IMG/VR virus record: IMGVR_UViG_3300034073_003542
Coordinates: 145,848-209,847 of that record
Direction: 5' to 3' (one strand)
DNA length: 64,000 nucleotides
Part shown: positions 33,845-47,379 of the stretch, one piece after another
How the letters are laid out: each line of letters begins with the position of its first letter
Numbering within the stretch: position 1 is the stretch's first letter
The notes under the pieces: generated by a model
Database searches by the model: none
Told to the model about the DNA's origin: nothing
Seen by the model: the letters and a program-made list of their open reading frames with translations, nothing else
Translations under genes and position numbers: made by a program

Positions 33845-34696
33845 TTATATTGTAACCTTTTGTTTAGATGAAATAGTGTAACTTTTAATAATATCTTGAA
33901 ATCGCCAAAAATCTTTAAAACAGCACAAAAATCCAGACGCATGAGTAAAATGAGAGTAAGGATTTGGTTGAATCTTGATGTTGTCAGTATTGATTGAGAT
34001 TAAACGATATCCTGAATCTTCTCTACTATCTTGAGTTAAAATTAAAGAAATGTCAAGTTTCTTCATTTTACAGAAATATTGCGTAGGTAGCTTATCAAAA
34101 TCGTTACGGTTAACACCAACGCATCCTGTTACATCTAATATATTGTGTCCGCTAACTTCACCAAGAACATAGCCGTCCTCGATTATATCAATTAGATTTT
34201 TCTGTTCTTCTATTGTACGACAGATATTTTCTCCGATCTTAGCCATCAAAATTAAGATTGGGCCATTAACTCTACAATCTTGAAATTCGCTGAATATTTC
34301 AAGTACACCCTCAACAATGGGTGATCTTGTCATCTTAACAGACTCAATATCAGTTTTGATTAACTTAGCTGCGGCAGTAGGACCGAATGAATCACAAACT
34401 TCAATAAATCTTAGCTCTGGCATGAAATCTCTAAATTCAATATCTCCATAAAAATATTCCAGAATTTGTGTAAAAGAACAAATTTCTTGCTTGAATTGGT
34501 GATGGTCAAAATTCTTTAAGTTAGGATTAAACTGTAGACCTTGATCTATTACCCAAATATTAGGATCGCCCAAATCTTCTTGGGTGAAATCACGCCGATA
34601 GATTTCACATTGAGGTAATTTATAGAGAAGCACACAAGCCGCCAAAAAATCGTCGGAATGAGCCGAATACTTGTGAACTATAACTTTTTCAATCAT
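33845..34696 (-). CDS. MYG1-family 3'-5' exonuclease-like protein
   Basis: H..AHSDD..A, ID.G, FDHHQ, F.HASGF motifs. Confidence 0.75.
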   Translation of the reverse strand: MIEKVIVHKYSAHSDDFLAACVLLYKLPQCEIYRRDFTQEDLGDPNIWVIDQGLQFNPNLKNFDHHQFKQEICSFTQILEYFYGDIEFRDFMPELRFIEVCDSFGPTAAAKLIKTDIESVKMTRSPIVEGVLEIFSEFQDCRVNGPILILMAKIGENICRTIEEQKNLIDIIEDGYVLGEVSGHNILDVTGCVGVNRNDFDKLPTQYFCKMKKLDISLILTQDSREDSGYRLISINTDNIKIQPNPYSHFTHASGFLCCFKDFWRFQDIIKSYTISSKQKVTI

Positions 34697-36729
34697 TTGA
34701 TCCCAATAAAACTAATGCCTGCTCAACAAAGTCTTTCGTTTCTTGTTCATGCCACGAGTATTGTAAATCCCAATCCCTGTCTCTGATAAAAGCATGAAGT
34801 TCTTCCTTAGAATCATACCATAATATAGAATTAAAAAGAGATTCTCGTAACTCTTCAATTTCCTTGAATGATTCACACGCTTGTAAAGCATCACAACCCG
34901 AACAACTTCCCCATCCAAAAATCAACATACCATAACGGTTTCCGTCACGCAAAATTAAACGAGAATCACCCTGATAATCACTATCATCAACCTGTAAAAG
35001 TGTTTCAAAACCCATAGAGTTAATTAAAGCCCCATAATCTCCTGGGCCATAAAATCGCCCATATTTCTCTTCATCCTCTGCTAAACAAGGATAAACTTCT
35101 CTAATAGGTTGCATCATTCACTCCATTTTTCCTCAATGTAAAACATTGTCTCTTCTGCTTTCATTGTGTCGTAAAAACAATCAATATCTGTCTCGTATGT
35201 AATTTCGTCATACAGTTTTCTATCAACCGTATGTAGAGTATCCATAAGAGCTTGCCCAAATCTTAGGTCAGGATTATTGCAATACTTTTCGTCAACAAGC
35301 TCCATAAAATCAGAAAATTTACTCATTCAATCGCCCTTATTATCCATCCTGCACCAGTATTCAAATGAACTAACTGGTGGTGATATATGTGTCGTTCTTT
35401 CATGGTCATTTTTTGTCATATACATAATATTAGGCGGAAGTTTACCGGGTGGCGAAACCCAAGGTTTGTTATCTTCTGGATCAGGAATATACGGCCATGT
35501 TTTCTTTTTAGGATATTCTGGGAGAGGAATAGCTGGAGGAATAATCTTGATTGGTTCACTATTAGCTAATATAAATCTTCCATTACTTTCAATGGTTGCA
35601 TGAATCTCAACAGATTGTATCGGACTATCAACGAGTTGCTCTAGTTCTGCTAAATCTCTAGCTACATAGAATGATGTATGATTTACTTTATATACATATT
35701 GAATAGTAACAGATACTTCTTTATTTACTTGTTTTCTAGCCATTGCTTGCCTTTCTTTCTATTATACGGGAGTTCCTGTGTTTGTCAACTACCTAGTTAA
35801 GTTCATGCACTCTTTTTGGGCGGATTTATAATATCTGGGGTTTTCTGTTTTGAGATATGTTATATATAGATCGAATATTCCTTTTGTTACTTGTTTGTAT
35901 GTATTTGTCGATCCACAAATCCTGTCAACAAAACTCTTTTTATCAGTATTGATTGTATAAAGAGGAAATGGATCGTGTGGTTTCTTGCCATCAAATCTGA
36001 TATAATATTTAGTGTTAGTTGGATTAACTTCTCTAACATCTCTATTTAATCCTGCAACCAATTCTTTAGCGAATACTTTATCGTCATCCTTATTTCGTAG
36101 AGAATTTTCATATTCATCTTCCAATTCTTGATATTGTAGAGTAGTATAGAATTTATTTTGTTTTGGTACTTTACTCATTTGCCTTAATTTCTTCTTGAGT
36201 GGAAGTGGTTCGATCTTGAGTGATTGGGTGATACAAACTCACCACATATTTCGTTGAGAACACACCAAAGACCGTTAAAAATAGGGCCACTAATAAAGTT
36301 CTTGTGAAACTTTCAGTATAATCAACATCATGTTCGCTGCTCATATTTTCATCCTATAAGTAAAGGTATTCTGTCTTATTATAACAGAAGTAGAGAGATT
36401 GTCAACCTTCCTTGATAGTTTTTTCTGTTATTTTCCCCGTTTTTTCTAGTCTCTCTTGTTCTTCATACTCCATTAATCCAACTACAAGTAAAGATATTTT
36501 ATCAGCTATTGTTTGTCTTTCTTCTTCCGTCCAACTATCAAAAAAATGATCTATACTATCTTCAGCCATTGTAATTCAGTTTCTATGATTTTCTTTGTTA
36601 TTTTTTCGCCTTTTTCTAATTGAGTTAATTCTGTTTGGTCAACAATTCGTCTCATAAATTTAGTCCAATAGTCCATAACATTAGTGGTGTTTTCTTGATT
36701 GCTTGGAAATTTGTCGAAATATTCTTCGT

Positions 36730-37698
36730 TCATTGTATTGTTTTTCTTGTCTGATATCCTTCTTGATATCCTTCTGGACTAAAACTGTGAGATATACATT
36801 CAGGAACAAATTGCCAATCCCTACTAACGTATTTTACATATAGCCCAGTATTATTGTCAATATATCCTCCATCTACAATTACTGTAACTTTATCTGGCGA
36901 CGATTTTTCTGGTTTCAAAGCCATGTTGATATCCTTCTTCGTAAATATTATGTGGATCTCTATATTCTATACTTCTAGTTGTTCCATCTAAGTATGTGAT
37001 ATCAATATTGTGTGTCATTCTACCAGCAATATCAGCAATGTTTGGAGCAAATCCATCCCATATTTGGTCTATTTCTCTTGTACTAGAAATAGTTAGACCT
37101 GAAATATTTACAGCTTCTTCTCTTGATATACCAAATGACGCTAATATTGATATGGTTGCTTCATCCATTGATTATTCTTGTATAATAAGTCTTGTCTGGT
37201 ATCCTTTTCGATATCCCATTTTATATCTGTCAAGAAAAACATTTTCAAAACAACCAGAACCCATAAAAGCAAAATCGCCCAATAAATATTCAAAATTAAC
37301 AACTCCAGATGAAAAAGGTAGAGGTTCTTCTATTTGCATCTCTGGTATCCCTGGTATTGTTACGCTTTCAGGTTGCAATAATTTTTCTTGTTTCATAGCC
37401 ATGAGTATATCCTGCTTCTAATTTTTGTAGAGAACCAAATAGAAAATCCATTAATCGTTTAGTATATGGCTTCTCTTCGTTAGCTTCACAGTAACGATAT
37501 ATTGATTCAATATTGTAAGATTTTTCTTGTTTCATAACCTTCCTCGTAACCTTCTGGATTACCCAATTCATAATTAATGAATTGAAGACTTCTTCTATCC
37601 ATAATAATTGGACCCATTGTTTGGTAAGCAAAAAAGGGCATTCTATAACGATCTTCGTTTTCTGGTATTTCTGGTTTGACTAATCCTCCTGTTGCCAT
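36730..37698 (-). repeat. array of five small ORFs sharing C-terminal GYxxG[YF][EQ]TR[KL] motif
   Basis: motif at the C-termini of ORFs 36730, 36890, 37172, 37368, 37507. Confidence 0.8.
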
Positions 37699-40600
37699 TA
37701 TTATTCACTCTCGATCTTTTTTAGTGTTTCTTTTCCTGGGATATATCCTTCCCAATCAGTCATGTCATCCAAAATTATAGTAGCGGCTGATCTTTCAAAA
37801 GCCAACTCCAGTTCTCTGAACAAAATAGCTGTAAGGTCTATATGACACGCCCAAAAATTGTCGATTTCATCAGGCATCATTTCCGCCCCAAAACTCTTTT
37901 AACACTATCTTTAAGTTTATATTATTTTTTCTGTTATATATACGAGCCATTAATCTTTTATCAGATGGATCAGACGGCCTCCAAAATTCAACAACATTAT
38001 CATTAGGAAATCTATAACTATGTGGTGGATCATATTGTCGTATATAAGATATTTCTCTACTATATCTTTCATAAACATAATATAGTTGCTCTTTAGCTTC
38101 ATCAAGTAATTGTTTTCTGTTTTCGAAATATTGTTTGATCATATATTATTTATAGCAACGATTGTTGAAGCTATTTCTATAATTAGAAAAGATATCAATA
38201 AAGCCATTGATCCTAATATAAAACCCGTTGCACTTATAATAATAGTCTGTAAGGCTATATAACCATATTTTTCTCTTCGTTTTCGTTTAAAGTATTGTCG
38301 AATCATTATACGGTAGCACCAATTATTTCTATCAAAGTAGTTTGTTTTGATTCTATTTCAGATAGGTCTTTCTCTATAAGATCAAGAATGTTTGATTTGA
38401 AATAGACTTCTTGTAGATGAGCATAAAGAGTTCCGTGATATTCTGACTCAAAACCTGACTCACACATAAGAGGAGAGGTTGAATATGGATCTTTTTCCCA
38501 TACATAAAGATATCCTCTTCTGTCATATTCGCCCAATCTAAGAAGATTTGAATATTTTCCCAGTTCTTTATATCCATATTTTATTACTGCTACATATAAA
38601 TCTTCTATAAAGGTTAGTTTTTCTATTATATTATTGAGAATCTTAAAACCAAAATGTCTTTTAATAGCTCCGTATTCTGGTAATTTTAACTCACTAATAG
38701 TAGTATAGATTTGATTTATTCTATTTCTTATTGAATCAATCTGTGAAGATTTAGTTTCTAGTTGTAACATATAGCTGGACTTCTTGTTTGATTTGTTTTA
38801 GGTCTTGATTCAAAAGATCAATAAGATTATCTTTAAAAGAGCATATAATATCTCCATTTGGATCTATTCTTAGAACCTCAAGATATTTTTTGTATTCATG
38901 ATATACACTCTCATGTACAGGAAATGTATTAAGCATAGAATAATTTATACTATTATTAATCATATCTAACTTTCTTTCAAAGAAGTATCTCTTAATAAGA
39001 CTCATATCTTTGATTAGATATTTAAGTTCGGTGATCTTATCGTATATTGCTATCATATCATTTTATCTAGTTCTTTCTCGATAAGGTCTAATACATTTGG
39101 CTTAAAGTACATATCTGGAAGTAACGATTGACCAAATTGATTGCAATAATGTCCTATGTCAATATATTTATCTGATATAATCATATTAAATGTTTCGTAT
39201 GTATCGTAATTATATATTACGAAACTAAGTTCTGTAGTTACGCCACATTCTTCATAAGAACAATATTGAGATATAGTAGTACAATATCTATTAAGATTTT
39301 CTTCTCCATACATATCAAAAAGAGTTAATACGGATTTAAACTCATTTAGTTTATCAAATACACTTCTTCTTTTTATTGTCTCGAAATGTTTTTTAATCAT
39401 TCCAAGCTTAGAATAATCACCACCAACAAGAGAATTTCTAGTTTGATGAATTTTATGGAGAAGCTCTTTGATAGTCATACATTTTCTTTCTCTTGATTCT
39501 GTTAGATATAATCTGTTTGGTTTGATCTTTATTGATAACCCCAATATAATTCAAACCCAATAAATAAGACAAATCTTCTGGATCAATACCGCACTGATCT
39601 ACTTTGACTCGCTCTTTTTTGCAGATTCCTAGAAAATCATTTAGAAAAAATCCCGAGACAAATTGATTAAAAGTTTTCATCAGACACCTTCTTTTTTCCC
39701 TGAAACTAAAGTTAGCGGGCCTTTAGAAATCCATACAAAGTCATCAAAACTATAAGGAAAGATTTCATTATGTCTGTATATTTGTACGTGTTTTCCTGGT
39801 TCTCCAGGCATCATATCTCTAACCAGAATTATCTCTGATCCAGCACACGAATGTCTTTTTGCCCAATAATATCCAGGCTTTCTAGTTTTAGTCATTATTA
39901 TTGCCTTCCACAATAATTAAGTTTCTATCGCTCCCAAAATCGTAATCGTCATTATCGGCCAGAATCTCTATCTGTTTGATTCTCCAATCCAACTCATTCG
40001 TATAGTAATCAGCTATAGCATTTAGACTTGGGCCGACTACCCAATCAGTTGTTTCTTGTTTAGTTGCGGTTGCGTGAGTAATTTTACAAAGTATCATATC
40101 TCAATTGGCGATGGCCTTTTTTGCGATACTTTTCTAAAGTATCTCTCAAACGGCGACGGCCTGCTGCTCCTATTTTAGTTTCTCTATTACTTGTTCTGGA
40201 GAAAATCCTTCGCTTAAAACATCAACGATTTCAAAACTATATCTTTGATGTGATCCTGGTGCAATAAACATATTGTCATTTTGACATTGTATGATATCTT
40301 TTGCTTTACTGGCTCGAAATTCTACGACATAATACTTCCCAGGAATCAATTTAGGCTTAGGTTCTGGAATTGGGTTTGAATCAATCCAATCAATTTCTGA
40401 AAGATAAAATCCAACACCGCAATGAAAATACCAAGTACCATCAAATCTAATAATTACATTAGTTTTATCTCCCCTGAATCTCGCCCAATAATATCCCGGT
40501 TTACGTTCCTCTTTGCTCACAAAGCACCTCCAAAAAGTCTCTTACGATTTCTGTTTCGCTCAACCATCCCCTTAATATCTTTTAGATTCCACTTATTAGC

Positions 40601-41895
40601 CCACTGAAAATGCCACGCATCACCAAGGGGAAGATGAATCAAAGTTAAAGGCTTAGACTTAAATACCATATATTGAGCGTATCCATCTGCCACTCCCTCG
40701 CGGACTATTTCTCCGCAAAGATCGCCAGAACCATTTGCGAGACACCATTCTCGCATCTTATCAAGCCATGCTTCTTCACGTTGCTTCCAATTTTCGATTG
40801 GAAAAAGGTCGGGCGTTTCTCTTAGTTCTTGCGGCGGCGAATAAATCTGAGCCATTATTTTCTCCTGTGTTTCTTGAACGATTCAGTTTTCTACAACAAC
40901 TTCTTTTGTATTGTTCAATATTCTCAGAAATTTATTACCATCAGTATGAGGATCACAACAAACCATAGTAAAATCTTCTCCTCTATAAACCCATTTTGGT
41001 AGGAATCGTTGTGTATAAATGCTATCACTATAGTAATCGCCTGTTTCGTTTACTAATTCTTCTTTGGTTTTAGCGTAATGTAATTCTCCTCCTCGACCCT
41101 CTCCGTCCAATCTCCAATACATTTCGCGGCAATCATCCAAAGGAATAACTACCCAATCTTCTACATATCCAAAATACTCGTAAATTTTTTGTTGAATTTC
41201 AAAGTATTGATCTAACAGCTTCATAGTTGTCTCCGTTGTTCCCTCTATCGTACCACACCTTATTGGTTTGTCAAACGCTCACGAAAATCAAGTAATTTAT
41301 CTAAATGTTTTTGTTCTATATCTGTTCTTTTTCTTTGCCATTTTATTCTATTATCCAAATCTTCTTGAGTTGCTAAACGGATATATTTGCATGGTCGTAA
41401 TCCATAGTACCAATCTTTTGATCCAAACCAACCCTCTGCATAAACGGGATCATGTTCTGCCTCAGAAATACATACAACATTACCAGTATAATCATGCAAA
41501 GAAGCAATTATATCTCCCTTTTTCCAGTTTGGTTCATTTGTCATTTAAAATATCTCCTCGTAATTTACCACGATTCCAACTAATAGGTGAATCTTTCTCC
41601 ATTTTATCCCAATTAGCATAAATTTCTCGTACCTTCTTCATAGCCTCTTCTTTGGCTAGTTCGGCGTGTAGTAATTCCATACGAGCATAATACATAGCTT
41701 TATGTCTACCTTGTTTGAGAAAAAGAGGTTCTGTTTCTCTTGTTGGAATAGATACTTCTTCATCTTCAAGATCGTATTCCCAAGAAATTAAGTTCATATG
41801 CGACATAATAGCCATAAAACTTTCTTGTGGCAACCCTTGAATTTGATCCACAATTTTTTGTTCCGCTTCGTTTAGTTTTGGTAAAGGTGCTGTCA

Positions 41896-42600
41896 TTAAA
41901 TTGCCTCCTCAAATACGTATGACCAATAACGACTATCGGGTTTGTCTTGAATACCATCCCAATAGATCGACCTTGCTATATAGGACGGAACCTTTAGTCG
42001 CCCACAATTTACTTGCCAATGCCGTTCTAGTTTTTTGTAAAGTTGCAATCCTGTGCCAGTTTTATACTTCAAATCTTCCGCTCCATACAATCTTAAGATA
42101 TGAACATCTGAACAAAGAACTCGACACTCATTTGGATGAATCATTTCAAGACTAAAACTAACTTTAGCTTGAGCAATTCCCTTAATCTTACTAACAATAG
42201 CATCACGCTTTTTTACATGATATCTTTTTGTGGTAAAATAGAAATCTTTGGGATTCGCCCAAAACTTCTGACTAAAATCCCAGATATATTCGGTGCGGTT
42301 ATTATGAAGTCCCACTCCAGAATTTTTGAGCTTTTCCCTCAGAAGTTCCTTGTCATCAATCCATTCGTTAAAATCGCGCATAGCCATATATCCACGCACA
42401 TTTCCTTGCCATGAAGTATGTACGCTAGCGAAACTAAAAAGATACCGTCGAAAAATATCGTCATTGGAAGTTGGACGAACCGACTCCCAATATTGGACAT
42501 AATCTTTTACCTTTTCCATTGGAAAGGCTTTGAAAAATGCGTCGGCTTTCTTTGTGTCAATAATTGGCTGAGTGAGACAAGTTGTGTTAGAGACTATCAC
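41896..42600 (-). CDS. helix-hairpin-helix DNA glycosylase (8-oxoguanine glycosylase-like)
   Basis: IKGIAQAKVSF HhH motif and DVHILR. Confidence 0.65.
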   Translation of the reverse strand: MIVSNTTCLTQPIIDTKKADAFFKAFPMEKVKDYVQYWESVRPTSNDDIFRRYLFSFASVHTSWQGNVRGYMAMRDFNEWIDDKELLREKLKNSGVGLHNNRTEYIWDFSQKFWANPKDFYFTTKRYHVKKRDAIVSKIKGIAQAKVSFSLEMIHPNECRVLCSDVHILRLYGAEDLKYKTGTGLQLYKKLERHWQVNCGRLKVPSYIARSIYWDGIQDKPDSRYWSYVFEEAI

Positions 42601-43650
42601 TTAAAATCCTTTCGTTTCAGTCGGTGTTATGTCTCTAGTATACCAGACTATACTGGACTGTCAACTACAGCTATATGTTACTTCACCATTCTTATAGAAT
42701 GTAGCAGGATTGAAAAACACACAATAATCCTCTGCAACAAATTCATGTTGGTCAATCATTTCTTCGTATGGTTCAACTCCATATTCAGAAACCAATTTAC
42801 AAAACAATTCAATAGCTGAATCTTCTGACTCACACACAAAAGAATTAGTAGTTATAGGATTATAACCAACTGCTTCGGTAACGATCCATAGATTCGGCAA
42901 CTGACTTGACATTATACAGACTCCCAAGTGGTAATGGTTTTAGTAATAGGTTTAACTTCACAAATATTAGAAAATTCAAGTCTGAAAAATCTATCAGCAA
43001 CCTTATAGATAACAAATTCGGGATCATCTATAGACTCATAAGGCAAACCAATAGAATACCATGTTTCTGCATAGGTTCTGTTTGAATCTTTTTGGTCTTG
43101 ATAAAGTCTGATAATATCAGAAGAGGACAGAATATTAAGCATACCGTTACACTTAATATCTTCGATAAATTCTCGCCAAGTCATCTGGTCAAGCGAGGCT
43201 TTGATGTGTTGGCGGATCAAATCATACCTAGCACTTCTATATTTTTTATCTCCAATCCAATCCATCACTGTGTCAAGATATTTTTCTTTTAGTTCTTCAA
43301 ACATATTTATATTCCTTATTTTTAACTATTTAGTAGGTCTGTATATTGGTCAATTTTATCGGATAGGTTTTCGTTAGATGTATCTTCCAAATCTTCATAA
43401 ACATAACTAGAAACCATATCTCTTATCTCTTCTATATCCATAGAATCAATTATGTTCTGTAGTTCCTCAAAACCAGAAACATAGAGCCTATTGACTAGAT
43501 TATCTATAGCATCATGTCTATTTCTAAGATTTATTTTCATCTTTTATCCAAAAATCCAAGGTCCAACAAAAAACCACCCGAATATAAATCCAATAGCAGC
43601 ACTAATAGTAAAGATAACTTCGCTAGTGTCAACAGGTTCTATGTCGTTTT

Positions 43651-43860
43651 TCATTCGACATTTTCCGTAGAGCAAAGATTGAATGTCAGACTATCTGGAA
43701 CCTCAAAAACAGTGGCGGGCTTTCCCTTGCCCGTAAGAGAAGTCTTAACTTTTCCTACTTCTGTTACCAGACCCATATGGAGAGCCAGCTTTAGCAGATT
43801 GGAAACCAGTAGGTAATCCATCTTGAGCTTTTGGGCGAGTTGTTTAGTTGTGACTTGCAT
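43651..43860 (-). CDS. small winged-helix DNA-binding protein
   Basis: TTKQLAQKL...LL....GLV...G...GKPATVF pattern. Confidence 0.55.
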   Translation of the reverse strand: MQVTTKQLAQKLKMDYLLVSNLLKLALHMGLVTEVGKVKTSLTGKGKPATVFEVPDSLTFNLCSTENVE

Positions 43861-44138
43861 CAGACACTTCTCCTTTATTGTGTTGTTCTTGTCTTGCCTA
43901 TGGATGGTATTGTACTATAGGTGTAGCATTTGTCAACTAAGGTCTTTTCTTTCCCACAAAATAACTTCTTTTGAATCTCCGACAAAAAAGATAAACATAG
44001 GTATCAATAAAAGAGGACCGAGAACAAGACCACAAAGAAGCCCAATTATAATACCCTGTATTGTTATTTTACTTTGCATCTGTGTCTGAAAAAGTACAAG
44101 CAAAATAAAACCAATAGTATACCAAATTAAAAACGGTA

Positions 44139-44417
44139 TCATTCTTGTTCGACCTTTCTGGTTAGGCACGGACAATCTGGATGGTGAGTTAAAGATTCTC
44201 TATAAGCTATCCATTTATGGTTTTCATAATTTATTACCTTGATAGTATATCCGTGAACATATTGCTCGTTTTCAACTTGTGTAGGATTAGATTGTTTGGC
44301 TTTAACCCCTTCCCGTGCTTGATTAATAGCTGGAATCAATAGAGCGGCTAATGTTCCAATAATCGCTATAACTACTAAGAGTTCGACAAGAGTAAAAGCT
44401 TTTCTCATTTTATTCAA
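44139..44417 (-). CDS. prepilin-type N-terminal methylation domain protein
   Basis: [31 protein letters not shown]; short C-terminus ending HHPDCPC. Confidence 0.85.
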   Translation of the reverse strand: MNKMRKAFTLVELLVVIAIIGTLAALLIPAINQAREGVKAKQSNPTQVENEQYVHGYTIKVINYENHKWIAYRESLTHHPDCPCLTRKVEQE

Positions 44418-44673
44418 TAGGTGTAATAACTAGATCACCAGTAATACGAACCAATTTCTTAGTCTCAGAATCCATGAAAAAGTATCCATCACTTTCTCTC
44501 TCACTCAAAACTTTACCAGTAGAAATCCATTCGTGAACCTTTTGACCTCCCGACCAAAACTCCACACGATGTTTCGCTCCATAAGCATCAAACTGAGAAC
44601 GATAAGCGTCGGTACATCCAGCTCCAACAAAAAGAATCAAGCATAGTACAAAGTATCTCATGTGTTTCTTCAT
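44410..44673 (-). CDS. putative lipoprotein
   Basis: signal peptide with GAGC lipobox. Confidence 0.6.
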   Translation of the reverse strand: MKKHMRYFVLCLILFVGAGCTDAYRSQFDAYGAKHRVEFWSGGQKVHEWISTGKVLSERESDGYFFMDSETKKLVRITGDLVITPIE

Positions 44674-47379
44674 AATCTTTTTTCCTGTAGATTCCTATTC
44701 CAATACAAGCATAGTACCAAAGTTGTTCGGTTTGTCAAGCTGTCTCAATATACTATTTGTTTAAGTTCGTCTATAATAGCTTCGGCGTCTTTTCTAAATA
44801 GTTCTATTGCTGGTTTTGTACCATAACTACTTTCTTGATAAAATACAGTAAATGTATTCTTATCTTTTTCCATTGGACTAAAAACTAACTGATTCCAGTT
44901 CTGAGTGTTTGTGTTAAAAATATATCCACTCAATCCACTATTGTCATCAGTATATCCTCTACTAATTTCAATCTTGAGCTTTGTACCAATATCGTCTACT
45001 ATCAAAGAATAGTCCCATCTTTGACCGCTACGATTATAGAGTTTTTCAGAAATAGTTTTCACAGAATGACAACCTCTTTTCCTAGTGTTATATTTCCTTC
45101 ATCACTTCCCCAATGAACTTTTCTTCGACCTCCATTATGGTAAACCCAAGGCCAATCAGAATCTCGGGCAATCTTTTTGGCTTCTTCTATATCGGGTCCA
45201 GAATAAAGTTCAATACCATTATTATCATATACTACATAAGGATCATTATTATGAGACATATTCAGTCCTTTCTTCAAGATATTCACTCAATTCTTGAATA
45301 TAGTCAAAATCGCCCCCAAAATCCTCTTTAGTAGCAATATAACTATTAATTAGGTCGCCCATATACATTCGTTCTCTTGCTAATGCTTTGATAATTAACT
45401 CAAGGTCTTTGTGAGTCAAACTAACTGTGTAATCCATTATGGCCTCCCTCTTTTATCAATCCATCCCATTTGGGCAGAATCAAAAGACTCCTCTGATTCT
45501 TCTGATTGGACTTGAGCATTTGCTTCTGCTTCGGCACAATCTGCATAGCACTTATCCCATGCTTCACATTCACTCATTAATTGAGCCATTTCTTCATCGG
45601 TCATATTGTCTCTGTATCGTATCACCTCAATATATGCTCCAAGTAATGTTCGTTACAAGACCAAGTATACCACAAAGAGTAGAAGTGTCAAGCAAGCGAC
45701 TGTTCAATTTCGGCCAATTCTTCTTCAATAATGTCTAAGATATTTTTCTTGAATTTGAGTCTGGGCGATTTTCTAAACCAAGTATATGAAACATCTACAT
45801 ATTTTCGACTATCATCTAACTCCATATCAAGACACACATAAAAAGAACCAAAAAGAATAAATTCTATCCGTTTAATAGTATTATTTACTATAATAGATGA
45901 AATATGTCTGTCAGCCTTCATTTTCCTGAACTTATATTGGGTAAATAGGTCAAGTGCTATAGCAGTTCGGTGAATTTTATCTTTATTATTGTCGTATAAT
46001 TTTTGTCTTAAGTACTTAGATATTACCCCTGTTGATTTTTGTGGAAGATTTAGTCTAGGCCAATTCAAAACTTGAATATCTATATGGAGCCGCCTAATTC
46101 TTTCAGAGATTGATTCGATTCGTTTTTGTTGTGTCATTTAGATTAGCTCCCAAATTCTTCAATTAGATCAGTTAGACGACAATCAGTAATGATAAAACCA
46201 GTTATTCCATCAAATAAAGCACAATAAGTCCAATCAACAAATCTATAAAATTCTATATCGTAAAATCTCAATATTCTTCCATATTCTAAATTATCTACTC
46301 CTTCTTTATGAGACAAATAAAACTTATAGATTTGCTCTCGATCATTTTTGCGTTTTTCTAAATAGTTTTTGATCATTATATAATCTCTTTTTTAATTCTG
46401 GGAATAAATATTTGCTCACAATAATATAGACTCAAAGCCTCCTCTATTTCTTCGATAGATTCATAAAAAGCTAGTTCTTTATGAAATTGAGTACAAAGAT
46501 TTCCGGTTTTTTCCAAATAATAAACACCCATCATACAAGTATATCCATATTTATGTGTGTCTTTATAAGAATAGTCATCAAGATTCGATACAACAGCAGA
46601 CATAATATCGAAATCTCTGAAAAATATTAAAATCATTTTATTTCTTTATTTGTTATTTTGCCGTCATTAAGTAATTCAAGTCCATCGCCGGGAACCATAT
46701 CAATCCACTTATATCTTTCATCGATTATTTTATATACATTAATCCCATAATATTTCTTTTCTATCTCATAAATTACGTCATAGCTAGTATGCTTCAAATG
46801 AACTTTTTGTCCGATTTGAAAATTAGTTTGTGTCATTTTCGCCCAACTTTCTTTCCAGTTCGCCCAATTTCTCTTCAAGAATATCTAAAAAGTTTTCTGC
46901 ATAATAGTGTGGCATTTTGCAATACTCATAGAAATCCAACATTAGATCACAATAACAAAGATAAAAACTCTCATTAAGGTTTATCTTTAAACATTTCCTA
47001 ATTATTCCCTTTATATTTGGTACTTGTTCTATTTGGTTGTCTATCGACCTTTTAATTTTTCTTAATCTTTCTTGTACCCTAAGTGTTTGTTTGGCGGCAG
47101 GATTAAGTTGTGTCATTTAATTTGCCCAAATTCTTTTATCAGATCATCAATACAGATTATCTTCTTCTATAATTTTATTTGTTATTTTTCCATCATAAAG
47201 TAACACAAGATCATCACCAGAAATCTTACTATAAAAGAAAAACGAATCATATACATTCTGAACTATATGATATGTACCATCACCATGATCTTCCCCTATA
47301 ACGTATTCTATCAAAAAATGTGGCGAGTTAATTTTAACTTTCTGTCCTATTTGGAACTTTTGATTTTCGCCCATAATAC

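Noticed and set aside
294-46977. Numerous short plus-strand ORFs opposite minus-strand genes
   Set aside because: Antisense to tightly packed coupled genes, with Phe/Ser/Ile-rich shadow composition and no RBS.
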